DNA from: a virus
Virus record (IMG/VR): IMGVR_UViG_3300045988_183505
Location: 1-64,000 of that record
Length of the DNA: 64,000 nucleotides
Direction: 5' to 3' (one strand)
A program made the translations under genes and the position numbers. The notes under the pieces are model-generated. The model did no database searches. It worked only from the letters and a program-made list of their open reading frames with translations, and had not been told where the DNA came from. Shown here in pieces: positions 1 to 8,771 of this stretch (the stretch's first letter is position 1; every line of letters begins with the position of its first letter).

Positions 1-23
1 AACATTCGTTATTATCGGGATAT

Positions 24-53
24 TTTTTGTGCAATGTATACAACAGCTATACA
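24..53 (-). repeat. 30-nt repeat copy A (TTTTTGTGCAATGTATACAAnnGCTATACA) containing the inverted repeat ATGTATA-N7-TATACAT
   Basis: 28/30 identical to 15584..15613. Both copies lie just 3' of a minus-strand stop codon. Confidence 0.6.
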
Positions 54-75
54 TATCGTTTGATTTTATATCAAT

Positions 76-252
76 TTATTTCCGTTCAGGAAAGCCTAAT
101 TTCTTTTTGATATATCTTGCGACCGGCAATCCCTCTTTCTCTGCTGCCTCACGAACTTGATTGTTTTCTTCCGGTGTCAGCACAATTTCAAGTCTAACCC
201 TTGAATCTATATATTTCTTTTGTGCTTTCATTTCTGCCTCTGTCTTGGGCAT
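76..252 (-). CDS. small ribbon-helix-helix (CopG/MobC-like) DNA-binding protein
   Basis: ORF 76..327. The internal ATG at 252 is preceded by AGGAGA. The pattern RLEIVLTPEE..VREAAEKEGLPVARYIKKKL fits strand-helix-helix. Confidence 0.5.
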   Translation of the reverse strand: MPKTEAEMKAQKKYIDSRVRLEIVLTPEENNQVREAAEKEGLPVARYIKKKLGFPERK

Positions 253-343
253 TATGTAGGTCTCCTTTCTTTTTTCTATACATAGTGCTTTTTCTGCTGG
301 TGAGGCACTATAGTTGTTATTATACAAAACCTTGATTGCTTTG

Positions 344-616
344 TCACGTCAGCATTGACGATTCCCATTCTTTTCTTGATTTCAGTGCTTCTGTTTCCGA
401 GAAAAACACAGTCGTTCCAATATCGGAAAATGGCACAACGAGAGAGAAATCAAACACATCGCTGTGAACCAGATATAAAACACTGTAATCCGGTTTGTTC
501 GCAATCCGCACTTTGACAACTTTGCACGAATATACTTCTCTGGCATTCTTATCTTTGATGATGACATAAACCGTGTCGCCAACTTTACACGGTGGCTCAT
601 GTTTTGTTGAGGTCAT
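344..616 (-). CDS. hypothetical protein (SH3/KOW-like small beta protein)
   Basis: ORF 344..748 trimmed to the ATG at 616, just after the upstream stop at 621. Motif KVGDTVYVI..VYSCKVVKV. Confidence 0.45.
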   Translation of the reverse strand: MTSTKHEPPCKVGDTVYVIIKDKNAREVYSCKVVKVRIANKPDYSVLYLVHSDVFDFSLVVPFSDIGTTVFFSETEALKSRKEWESSMLT

Positions 617-620
617 ATTA

Positions 621-1148
621 TCACTTCTTTTTCTCATTGTCTTTTTTTCTGTCAAGAATCTGGCAAACTTTTGCTGCGACTTCGCTTGAATCAAACTTTG
701 CAACAATAAGCAAATCAGAAGCTTCTTGGGGCACATATAAAAACTCATGGTATTTTAGGCTAAGCCCTACATAGTATGCGTTTTCTTCTGTGCCATCGAC
801 AAGTTCCGGACAAAAAGCATCGTGCATTCTTTCTACCTTTAGCACAGCGTCTATTTTTTCCGCAACCTGCTCTGCTCTTTCTTTGGACAAGAAATAGTTG
901 CTGTTCCGGAACAGTCTTGTCCCGATTGTTTCTGTGATGTCATAGCAACTTCTTCCTGTCGGCTCATTGCATTGAATGACATTTACACCATAGTCTCCAA
1001 GCTGGATATACCAGAACGGCTCTCCAGCACCAACACGTTGAATATCCGGTTCATCTTCAATCTCCTGCAAACGCTTTATTTCTTCTTGCAGCTTGGCAAT
1101 CTCATTGTTTGCCTGTTCGATTCTTTCATGTGCTTCCTGCATTGTCAT
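621..1148 (-). CDS. hypothetical protein with N-terminal coiled coil
   Basis: 175-aa ORF in an operon-like tight spacing. No recognisable domain. Confidence 0.55.
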   Translation of the reverse strand: MTMQEAHERIEQANNEIAKLQEEIKRLQEIEDEPDIQRVGAGEPFWYIQLGDYGVNVIQCNEPTGRSCYDITETIGTRLFRNSNYFLSKERAEQVAEKIDAVLKVERMHDAFCPELVDGTEENAYYVGLSLKYHEFLYVPQEASDLLIVAKFDSSEVAAKVCQILDRKKDNEKKK

Positions 1149-1160
1149 ACCGCATTCTCC

Positions 1161-2009
1161 TTACTTGAAAATTGTTCCTTCACATACCTGCGAATTGTCG
1201 GTTATTTCGATGGTGCTGGTTTCTCCCAGTTCTATCACGACAGAAGCCGATTCACCGCCAAACGGCACAATGCCTTTGAAGTTATCACAGTAAATCTTTC
1301 CGTCTTTCAGAACGCCGACATTTCCACGACCATCATGAATTGTACAGCCGTCACGCAGTGTTCGGGTATAAGCGTATCTGCCAACGTAGTTCGGAATATA
1401 CTTCTCGCTTTTGTACTCCGGATATTTCTCTGTCAGCTCTTGATACATCTCCGGTGCGATTTCCTGCATTTCCTTCAAAATATCAGCCACATATTCAAGA
1501 TAGTATCGTTCCAAGCTTTGCCCACACAAATTTCTGGGAGCATAGGACAAAATAGCTTGCAGCAACTCCACATTCATCTCAGCAACCGGAATGCAATATT
1601 CCGATATTGCTGTGTCGCAAAGCAACACATATCCAGACACCACCCTGCTGGTGGAATCATTTTCCTTTGCTTTTCTTGCCCTCACATAACCGCCATTAAA
1701 CCAATAGTAGTCTCCAACTATCGCAAATTTGTTATGGATAGGGCTTTTCAGCTTCGCATATGTTTCATCGCCTGTGTATTTCTGACGGAATGCACCATAC
1801 TTCCTTGCACGGCTAGTGTAGCCTTTTTCCGTTGTCACTGTTCCGTTAGGGCATTTAATGCCCAGTCTTCTCACACACAGGCACTTTCCTTCTTTGTAAA
1901 GAGAACATTTGTCCGGACACTCACAGTAAATTGTGTCGCCTTCCAACGGCGTTTCCTTACCACCGAATATTGATTTGCCACCGTACAAACCTACACAGAT
2001 TTTTCCCAT
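1161..2009 (-). CDS. hypothetical Cys-rich protein
   Basis: ORF 1161..2018. The ATG at 2009 lies 9 nt after AGGAG. Cys cluster CECPDKCSLYKEGKCLCVRRLGIKCPNG. Confidence 0.55.
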   Translation of the reverse strand: MGKICVGLYGGKSIFGGKETPLEGDTIYCECPDKCSLYKEGKCLCVRRLGIKCPNGTVTTEKGYTSRARKYGAFRQKYTGDETYAKLKSPIHNKFAIVGDYYWFNGGYVRARKAKENDSTSRVVSGYVLLCDTAISEYCIPVAEMNVELLQAILSYAPRNLCGQSLERYYLEYVADILKEMQEIAPEMYQELTEKYPEYKSEKYIPNYVGRYAYTRTLRDGCTIHDGRGNVGVLKDGKIYCDNFKGIVPFGGESASVVIELGETSTIEITDNSQVCEGTIFK

Positions 2010-2021
2010 AGTTTTCATCTC

Positions 2022-2258
2022 CTACGCCAGAATAACGCTTTTATATCCGTCCATTTTTTCTGCTTCTTCAAAAGTCACATTTTTGTAATTTTCGTAGCCT
2101 AACGCACTATCGTAACGGAATATTTCCACATAAATATTGTTAATGCCAATGACATCATCGTAACAATCGTATTGCCGCATTTCAATATCACAGTTCTTCA
2201 AGCTGTCCGGAATCTCCTGCAACTGTTGAATCAACTCATTCACAGTCATTTGTTTCAT
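2022..2258 (-). CDS. hypothetical protein
   Basis: 78-aa ORF, tightly packed in the operon. Confidence 0.5.
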   Translation of the reverse strand: MKQMTVNELIQQLQEIPDSLKNCDIEMRQYDCYDDVIGINNIYVEIFRYDSALGYENYKNVTFEEAEKMDGYKSVILA

Positions 2259-2529
2259 CTCCCAACACGTTTATAACTTCGTACTTGCACCAGAAAAAGC
2301 CCTTCTTTGCATATCTTACGATTGCTTCTCTCGCTTCTTCTTTGGAGTAGCAGAAACCGAATCGAACTGTCTGTCCTCTGTTGTCTTCTCCAGAAATAAG
2401 ATAAATTTCTTCTGGCAACATTCCATTATTCATTTTTCCATACACCTCTTTTGGAAACTTTGCAGGATTCTGCATAGAGTGAATATCGTCTGTTGATATA
2501 TCTATTATACTATATCTACCGGTAGACAT
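2236..2529 (-). CDS. hypothetical protein (start uncertain)
   Basis: 97-aa ORF. Its first codons overlap the operator palindrome and -10 box, so the true start is probably internal, for example MNNGM after GAGGTG. Confidence 0.4.
   Translation of the reverse strand: MSTGRYSIIDISTDDIHSMQNPAKFPKEVYGKMNNGMLPEEIYLISGEDNRGQTVRFGFCYSKEEAREAIVRYAKKGFFWCKYEVINVLGDETNDCE
2512..2529. promoter_or_regulatory. operator palindrome, class I (ATATCTACCGGTAGACAT, one mismatch)
   Basis: TCTACCGGTAGA core. On the minus strand it is followed 2 nt later by TATAAT. Confidence 0.6.
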
Positions 2530-2572
2530 ATACTGTGTTATTTTTCAGAATTAAAAACATTTTGTAAAAGTG

Positions 2573-2609
2573 AAAGAGTGTCACAACCTTCAAAGGCATG
2601 ACACTCTTT
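2573..2609 (-). terminator. intrinsic terminator-like hairpin
   Basis: 11-bp stem AAAGAGTGTCA/TGACACTCTTT. On the minus strand it is followed by TTTCACTTTT. Lies 3' of the gene ending at 2623. Confidence 0.6.
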
Positions 2610-2622
2610 TCTAAAGCTTACC

Positions 2623-2811
2623 TCAATTGTTATCGCCACATTTTTCAGCTTGCCACCGGCGAACAATGGCAGATGCCTCTGGAGCTTTCATACCCATTTG
2701 CACTGGACAGCAATTATCTGGCACATTTACTGTTCCACGCCACATCGGGCAAGTAGGACAAGTGTTCTGCTGACACATCTCTGCAAATTCTTGCAATGTT
2801 ACATCTTCCAT
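2623..2811 (-). CDS. small Cys-rich hypothetical protein
   Basis: ORF 2623..2856. The ATG at 2811 follows GAGGGGGG. Motif CPTCPMW..CCPV. Confidence 0.5.
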   Translation of the reverse strand: MEDVTLQEFAEMCQQNTCPTCPMWRGTVNVPDNCCPVQMGMKAPEASAIVRRWQAEKCGDNN

Positions 2812-2868
2812 GCGTATGCCCCCCTCACGATTATTATGAGATTGCCTCACACACATAGTATAGCATAT

Positions 2869-3336
2869 TTACTCAGAAAAGTATGTTCTCAGGCTTTCCG
2901 GTGTAATGACACCGAATACGCCAGCAGCATTGTTGGTGTTGGCATAAGCGTCACGATACGGTTTCTGATTCATAACGATTCGATTCAGTGTTGCTGCACT
3001 GTATGTTCCCATTTGGTACAGCACCTTACAGATTTGCTTCTGGTCTTTCTTTTTCAGCTTTTCATCTGTCTTTATTTGCCTTGCCATAATGCCCCACAAG
3101 GAGCAACCGCCAAATATACGGAAAGTGTAATGCACTTCTTCTACAGCTACGCCCCAGCTGTGAGCGTACAGCTGGTCTGTAAAGCAAGGCGTACCATACT
3201 TTATCATGTACCATGCCTGCACATAGTACAGCATAGAGTTCAGTTTGCTGTTTGTCATGCAGATAGTAGGCTCTGCCACTTCTGCTGCCTCTATCAGAAA
3301 CTTTGCAACAGTCTTCGCCTGATAAGGTTTACGCAT
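2869..3336 (-). CDS. Panacea (SocA/DUF4065)-domain protein, candidate antitoxin
   Basis: KLNSMLYYVQAWYMIKYGTPCFTDQLYAHSWGVAVEEVHYTF matches the remembered Panacea pattern KLqKLlYyaQgw..G.PlF....eAw..GPV...vy. The ATG at 3336 follows GGAAGGTG. Confidence 0.6.
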   Translation of the reverse strand: MRKPYQAKTVAKFLIEAAEVAEPTICMTNSKLNSMLYYVQAWYMIKYGTPCFTDQLYAHSWGVAVEEVHYTFRIFGGCSLWGIMARQIKTDEKLKKKDQKQICKVLYQMGTYSAATLNRIVMNQKPYRDAYANTNNAAGVFGVITPESLRTYFSE

Positions 3337-3811
3337 CTTCTTCACCTTCCATAATCTCGTAGAACTCACTGCCTTTCATTTCAATAAACCCTTCTGGGCA
3401 AGACAACGGTTTCTCCAGAGTGTGTTCCACACTGCAATAGACTTTTTCGCCAGCCGGAAACAACCGAACGCTCGCCTGCAAAATCGTTTCTTCAAAGAAA
3501 AACAGCACAAACGGCTTATATACTCTGTGAACTCCAAGGGCTTTTAATTCCCTGCCAAGACGACTGTATTTCTTGATTCCATAATAAACATTCCCATTAT
3601 CTTCAACTGTTTTCTTCAAGAAATTGTCGTCAGACATATCCGGACGCTTCTTGATGTAGAGAATATCTCCTCTCCAAAGAGCAGGTGATAGAATATTATG
3701 ATTGCTCATAAACTCCCTGACTTTTTCGTTCTGCTTATCGGTTTCATTCCAGTACGTCATGCACTCTGCAAAACGCCCACTATGGGGCGTGATTTCATAA
3801 AACTGTTCCAT
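3329..3811 (-). CDS. hypothetical protein, overlaps the Panacea gene by 8 nt (candidate toxin partner)
   Basis: 160-aa ORF that looks translationally coupled to 2869..3336. No recognisable domain. Confidence 0.5.
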   Translation of the reverse strand: MEQFYEITPHSGRFAECMTYWNETDKQNEKVREFMSNHNILSPALWRGDILYIKKRPDMSDDNFLKKTVEDNGNVYYGIKKYSRLGRELKALGVHRVYKPFVLFFFEETILQASVRLFPAGEKVYCSVEHTLEKPLSCPEGFIEMKGSEFYEIMEGEEDA

Positions 3812-3838
3812 TTCAATCCTGCTCCTTTGGTCGATAGG

Positions 3839-4318
3839 TCAGTCCCAGTAATGTGTTTCTTCGGAATAGACGCACTTTTCAATTCGGCTTTCGCATCGTG
3901 GAATTTCATCGTATGATAATTCTCCCAGATAAGACAGCATAGCCTCTGCTTCTTCTCTGGAATTTATCTGATGTGTCAGCTGACGAGTTGGGCGGTACAC
4001 TCCCAGTGTTATAACATACGGATATTTCTGCTGTCCGTAGTTGTCAAGCGTAAATTCGCCATGCCACCCCTCTTTGCTTTTGAAAAACCAGAACGTCCCT
4101 CTGACGGTTTCTTTGGCTGGCAAATCTTCTTTTCTTTCAGCATCGACATTTATCATGCCTTTCCATATGTTGCCGTCCGGCAGTTGATACTGCAAATGAA
4201 ATTTTCTCTGATAATATCCCATCACTGCACCGTCCCTTCCTTTGACGTGACCGTTTCTTTCTGCATTCCGTATGTAATCATATATCATCATCGCACTCCA
4301 TTTCATCGTAATCACCAT
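3839..4318 (-). CDS. hypothetical protein
   Basis: 159-aa ORF. Start uncertain (M1 or M5). Confidence 0.5.
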   Translation of the reverse strand: MVITMKWSAMMIYDYIRNAERNGHVKGRDGAVMGYYQRKFHLQYQLPDGNIWKGMINVDAERKEDLPAKETVRGTFWFFKSKEGWHGEFTLDNYGQQKYPYVITLGVYRPTRQLTHQINSREEAEAMLSYLGELSYDEIPRCESRIEKCVYSEETHYWD

Positions 4319-4859
4319 CGCAAAAGCATATCTCCATTGCTTTTCTTACTTCTCCAACGATGTCCCGAACAAAATTGTAAAAGCCTTGGCTGAACTGTCC
4401 ATCAACGAACAGCTGTGGCATAGATGTCAGCCTTGGCTCTTTCTCATCATTCGCCCAGATATATTCCATCGAAAAATTCGCTCCGTACTCATCTGCCTGT
4501 ATGAATGATTGGATTTGAAACCGTCCTGCCTGCAAACAGAAAATATCTGCCATAACAGCATTCTTATGCAGGTCTTCGTGCAGAGAAATGTCCATCGTTG
4601 CGGAAACGCCTTTGCCATTCTCTTTGTTCTTGTGATAAAAGCCACAAACAGCATCGCCTTTCTGCACAAGCAATTCTCCGTATTTTGTTTTGTGTCCCAT
4701 GTGCAGTCGTATTGTGTTTTCGTCAAGCATTTCTGTGTCAAGAATCATCGTATCATCAAGCGAATGCGTAAGAAAATGCTGCACACCAAAATCACTTGCT
4801 TTCATATCATCAATCATTTTGAAAAACGCATCTCTTTGTTCGTCTGAATAGTTTTGCAT
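4278..4859 (-). CDS. hypothetical protein
   Basis: ORF 4278..4955 trimmed to the ATG at 4859, preceded by AAAGGAAG. It lies downstream of the helicase stop. Confidence 0.5.
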   Translation of the reverse strand: MQNYSDEQRDAFFKMIDDMKASDFGVQHFLTHSLDDTMILDTEMLDENTIRLHMGHKTKYGELLVQKGDAVCGFYHKNKENGKGVSATMDISLHEDLHKNAVMADIFCLQAGRFQIQSFIQADEYGANFSMEYIWANDEKEPRLTSMPQLFVDGQFSQGFYNFVRDIVGEVRKAMEICFCDGDYDEMECDDDI

Positions 4860-4884
4860 CACACACACTTCCTTTTCTGACATA

Positions 4885-6858
4885 TTACATTGCTTCCAGA
4901 TAATCTGATTCAAAATACGCATCAGACACCTTACCTTTGGTGATTGTTTTTGCAACCGCCTTCATGAATTTCTCTCTGTCTGGAATCACAATACTATATT
5001 GCTCGTTTGTTCTCACATTCCAGAGGATTCCTTTATTCAGCCCAAACGCAACCATGTAGCAAGCACATTGCAAGAAATGCTCATGCGTCAATTCTTCTAC
5101 GAATTTCAGCTCATAGATAGTATTGTTCTTGATAACATCTGGTCTACCGGCAATCTCATACACATTGTCCGAATCGTCCATAAACTGCATGGAAAAGTCT
5201 TCCTGCACTTCTTCCTTGCCAGTGAACTCTGTTCGCAGTCTATCGTGAATCAGCTTAATCTGTTCTTCTGTGATAAACGGCGGTTTTACCTGATGGTAAT
5301 AGCGGTTCTGGTATGTTTCATACGCTGTCAAAAAAAGCACTTTTTCTTCCATAGTTGCATCTTTTTTGAGATTCAGAGGCGGTCTGTCATCAGCAATGTC
5401 CATTGCATACTTAATCTGTGAATCAATGTCATAGTTTTCAAAAAAACTTGCTTCCTGATAGATACCGATACACGGTGACAAGTCAATCATGTAATCTTCC
5501 GAATCTATATCAATAATGGATTCATCTGGTCTTGCCTTTTTCCTTCTGCGAATCAGCTGGAAACACGCTTCCACATCTTCCTTATACTTGAAATCAAACA
5601 TTCCACTCACCTGAAAAGGTCGCTCATACTTCCCATTCAAAGGAAACGGTGTAGCGATGACGCTATCTTCCAAAAGGTCGGAACGTGATGTTTTCACAAC
5701 AATGATTCTCTCTTTGCCTCGGCTCATGGCTACGCAGAAAATGTTCCGTAAAATCTCATATTTTACGTCCGGACAATTTGCTCTCACGCTCCAGTAAGAC
5801 AACGCATAGTCAAAAACTACACAGATTTTTCTTTCCAGTCCTTTGCTGCTGTCAAATGTAGTAAAAATTGCTGTAGACTTATCCGGAATTGTTCTTTTGC
5901 TGCTGTCATCATCAGAGATGCTGGCATAAACCGTCTTCTTATTGAATTTGTCCGGATAATCGTCTTCCAAGTTGTTCAGAACCTTTGACATTTTTCCCCT
6001 TCTTGAACCCAAGCACAAAATATCCGAAGTTTTTTGCTTTGCAAGAAAAGCTGTCACCTCGTCCAAGTCCATCACTTCTACAGAACATTTCTGGTTCACA
6101 CCGGTGATTTGTTTTCCCCAGATTCCACCAAGACGGTTTGCCAGTTCTGCATTAAGACGAAAGCATTTTGTAAATGTGACCGTTGCATAGCTGCTAAGAA
6201 ACTGATTGATAAAAACCGGCACATTTAATGTGGTTTTATCATAAATTTTCTGTTTCATATCACCAACGGCAACAATCTGTATTGCCGGATTGCTTTTCTT
6301 GATACACTCCAGCATCTCCGCAATCTCCTGCTCAATATCCTGATATTCGTCAATTACCAGCAGGTCATACTTTGGCATTCTGATTCTCTCTTTGTTCTTC
6401 AAGAACGTCTGAATCAAATCCGAAATTCCAGCTGAAAGGTGTGCTTTTTCCAAACACATAGAAGCGAATCCATGATAGTTTGTAACTGTCACATTTTTTG
6501 CTCTGATTTTTTCTTTTGCATCAACCTTCAAAAGTGTGTTGTAGGTCAAATACAGTACATTCTTTTCCGGCACTTCATTACAAAGTACCTGAATTGTTGT
6601 GGTCTTTCCACTACCGATGCACGCATCTACCAACACATTCTTTCCTGTCTTTGCAAGTGCAATCATCGACTGCTGTTCTTCTGAAAGGTCTGATAGCTGC
6701 ATAACCGGTGTAGGTGTCCATTTTTCAAACCTACCATCTTCCTCACCGTAGTAATACCATTGCTTTCTTTCTGCATTCCATCTTGCTCCCAGTGCTTTTG
6801 CTTCGTCTTTTTCCGCATATGGTACTCGAAGAAAATGAATCGTATTTCCAATTGACAT
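4885..6858 (-). CDS. UvrD-like SF1 helicase fused to a C-terminal PD-(D/E)XK-like nuclease and an N-terminal DUF5710-like module
   Basis: Walker A DACIGSGKTT and Walker B LLVIDEYQD. C-terminal GRPDV..YELKFV motif. N-terminus VPYAEKDEAKALGARWNAERKQWYY. Confidence 0.75.
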   Translation of the reverse strand: MSIGNTIHFLRVPYAEKDEAKALGARWNAERKQWYYYGEEDGRFEKWTPTPVMQLSDLSEEQQSMIALAKTGKNVLVDACIGSGKTTTIQVLCNEVPEKNVLYLTYNTLLKVDAKEKIRAKNVTVTNYHGFASMCLEKAHLSAGISDLIQTFLKNKERIRMPKYDLLVIDEYQDIEQEIAEMLECIKKSNPAIQIVAVGDMKQKIYDKTTLNVPVFINQFLSSYATVTFTKCFRLNAELANRLGGIWGKQITGVNQKCSVEVMDLDEVTAFLAKQKTSDILCLGSRRGKMSKVLNNLEDDYPDKFNKKTVYASISDDDSSKRTIPDKSTAIFTTFDSSKGLERKICVVFDYALSYWSVRANCPDVKYEILRNIFCVAMSRGKERIIVVKTSRSDLLEDSVIATPFPLNGKYERPFQVSGMFDFKYKEDVEACFQLIRRRKKARPDESIIDIDSEDYMIDLSPCIGIYQEASFFENYDIDSQIKYAMDIADDRPPLNLKKDATMEEKVLFLTAYETYQNRYYHQVKPPFITEEQIKLIHDRLRTEFTGKEEVQEDFSMQFMDDSDNVYEIAGRPDVIKNNTIYELKFVEELTHEHFLQCACYMVAFGLNKGILWNVRTNEQYSIVIPDREKFMKAVAKTITKGKVSDAYFESDYLEAM

Positions 6859-6907
6859 ATGCCTCTCACCTTCCCTTTCAGAGTTTTCCTTACTCTCTTA
6901 TTATATA

Positions 6908-6925
6908 ATATCTACCGGTAGATAT
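6908..6925. promoter_or_regulatory. operator palindrome, class I (perfect 18 bp ATATCTACCGGTAGATAT)
   Basis: Perfect palindrome upstream of the helicase operon. A TATAAT follows on the minus strand. Confidence 0.65.
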
Positions 6926-6969
6926 ATTGTGATTTACTTTTCTAATTCGTAAATCTTTTGTAAATACGA

Positions 6970-7003
6970 AAGAGTGGAATATTTCTCAAACTACCCCACT
7001 CTT
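6970..7003 (-). terminator. intrinsic terminator-like hairpin after parB
   Basis: 8-bp stem AAGAGTGG/CCACTCTT, followed on the minus strand by TCGTATTTACAAAA. Confidence 0.55.
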
Positions 7004-7012
7004 TATTGATTC

Positions 7013-7912
7013 TTATTTGCTTTCAAAGTGCTTTGTCAGCAGTTCTGAGACAAGACTGTCCCATTCCTTTTCGGAATAGTTCACACTGTACTTTTCAGCA
7101 AAACTGCTATAGAGCTTGTTTCTTACAGGTTTCCTCGGCTGCTCCAGAACCGGCAGGAAATCTTCGTAACTTGTCACTTCCTGCTCCTGCGTAATACGTT
7201 CCATAGCCTTAGCCATAGCACGATTTACTTTCTTCCCTGTCTGCTGTACAAACTCATATACAGCGTCCTGCTCATCTGTAGAGAAGCCACAGAAAATTTC
7301 TGCGGTGTCGGTATGCAGTTTATCTTCGTCAATCAGCTTTTTCAGGTCGTCCGTCAAATCCAGAATCTTAATGTAACGATACAAAGACTTCTTGGAAATA
7401 CCGAACTTATCTGCAATCTCCTGTACCGTCATGTCAATATCCTGTCGCATTCCCATATACCGTGCATAAATTTCCGCATATTCTGTTGGAAGCAGCTTAG
7501 ACCGCTGAATATTACACTCTGCAACATACTTTACCGCATCGTCATCTGTGATTTCCCGAACTACACACGGCACGGTCAGCATCTCCAGCTGCTGTGCAGC
7601 AATATATCTGTGATGTCCGGAAATAATCTGGTAATCAGCTCCAACCTTGCGAACAATAAGCGGTGTCACAATGCCAATATCAGCAGCTGACAATTTAATC
7701 TGAGCAACCTTATCATCGGAAATCCGGAACGGCTGGCTCTTGCCCACTTTATCTGTAAACGGCACAATATGATTCAGTTCAATATACTGTACGGTTTCCT
7801 TATCCTTGCCCCACACATTGGCATACGCCTGCTCCAGAGCTTCCGGAACAGGCGTTTCAATCTCCTGTTCCTTTCTTGCCTGCTTCATTGCATTCAAATT
7901 GATTTTACCCAT
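7013..7912 (-). CDS. parB: ParB/Spo0J-family partition protein
   Basis: ParB N-terminal domain pattern PFRISDDKV..IVTPLIVRK..YQIISGHHRYIAAQQL. Adjacent to parA. Confidence 0.85.
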   Translation of the reverse strand: MGKINLNAMKQARKEQEIETPVPEALEQAYANVWGKDKETVQYIELNHIVPFTDKVGKSQPFRISDDKVAQIKLSAADIGIVTPLIVRKVGADYQIISGHHRYIAAQQLEMLTVPCVVREITDDDAVKYVAECNIQRSKLLPTEYAEIYARYMGMRQDIDMTVQEIADKFGISKKSLYRYIKILDLTDDLKKLIDEDKLHTDTAEIFCGFSTDEQDAVYEFVQQTGKKVNRAMAKAMERITQEQEVTSYEDFLPVLEQPRKPVRNKLYSSFAEKYSVNYSEKEWDSLVSELLTKHFESK

Positions 7913-7937
7913 GTTTCGTCTCTCCTTTTCTATGTGC

Positions 7938-8714
7938 TTACTCCTCGATGCGATTCAGAATTTCTTCTGACACTCTGGTGAAAGCAACACCCATGCTGCT
8001 GTTCTTATCATCAACACAGCACTTCTGATTCAGAACTGCCGTTTCACTCTGAGCAGGGCAGAACGGAATCACCGTGTCAAAGGTCAGCTTTTCATATTCT
8101 TCACGCACACTGTCCACGATAGAAGAACTTACATTGGTACGGTTGAACTTGTTCAGCAGGATTCCCAGCACACGCAGATTCTTGTTGGTGCTGTTGTTGA
8201 TAGATGTTACCTTGTTCAGCATCTTTTCCAGTCCGTCAAAACTAAACACGCCGCATTCTACCGGAATCACGATATAATCGCTGGCGTTCATTGCATTGGA
8301 AACGAGCAGGTCAAGCAGTGTTCGGCAGTCAAACAGAATGTAGTCATACTGAGCGTACACATCATTCTGCACAGCACGTTTCAGCACATAATTGCTGTCA
8401 CTGTCATTTGCCATGAAAGTAGTGATACCTGTCAGCATCGGGGAAGACGGTACATAGTCAACGCCACTCTCGCTGTGACGAACAGTGTCTGCATAATCCG
8501 TTTCCATACCTGCGGACAGATTGTAGATTACTTCGGAAATGGTGTACTTACCGTCTTTGATATAGCCCAAAGCACGGCTCGCATTGCCCTGCTGGTCAAG
8601 GTCGATTACCAGAACCTTTTTTCCCTTCTTTGCAAGTCCTCTTGCAATGTTCAGGGTTGCGGTTGTCTTGCCTGCTCCACCTTTCTCAGAGCATACAGAA
8701 ATAATTTTAGCCAT
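7938..8714 (-). CDS. parA: ParA/Soj-family partition ATPase
   Basis: Deviant Walker A SEKGGAGKTT, then VLVIDLDQQGNAS. Confidence 0.9.
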   Translation of the reverse strand: MAKIISVCSEKGGAGKTTATLNIARGLAKKGKKVLVIDLDQQGNASRALGYIKDGKYTISEVIYNLSAGMETDYADTVRHSESGVDYVPSSPMLTGITTFMANDSDSNYVLKRAVQNDVYAQYDYILFDCRTLLDLLVSNAMNASDYIVIPVECGVFSFDGLEKMLNKVTSINNSTNKNLRVLGILLNKFNRTNVSSSIVDSVREEYEKLTFDTVIPFCPAQSETAVLNQKCCVDDKNSSMGVAFTRVSEEILNRIEE

Positions 8715-8771
8715 AGTTCTTCTCTCCTTTTGTTGTATTGGTATTTATTCGTTATTTTTAAGCGTAAAAAA

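Noticed and set aside
972-1973. 333-aa plus-strand ORF. Similar long plus-strand ORFs occur at 2650..3354, 8862..9419, 10011..10757, 13187..13918 and 21098..21931.
   Set aside because: All are antisense to tightly packed minus-strand genes with RBSs and recognisable domains. Their sequences are Cys/Phe/Leu-rich and look like nonsense. They are treated as shadow ORFs.
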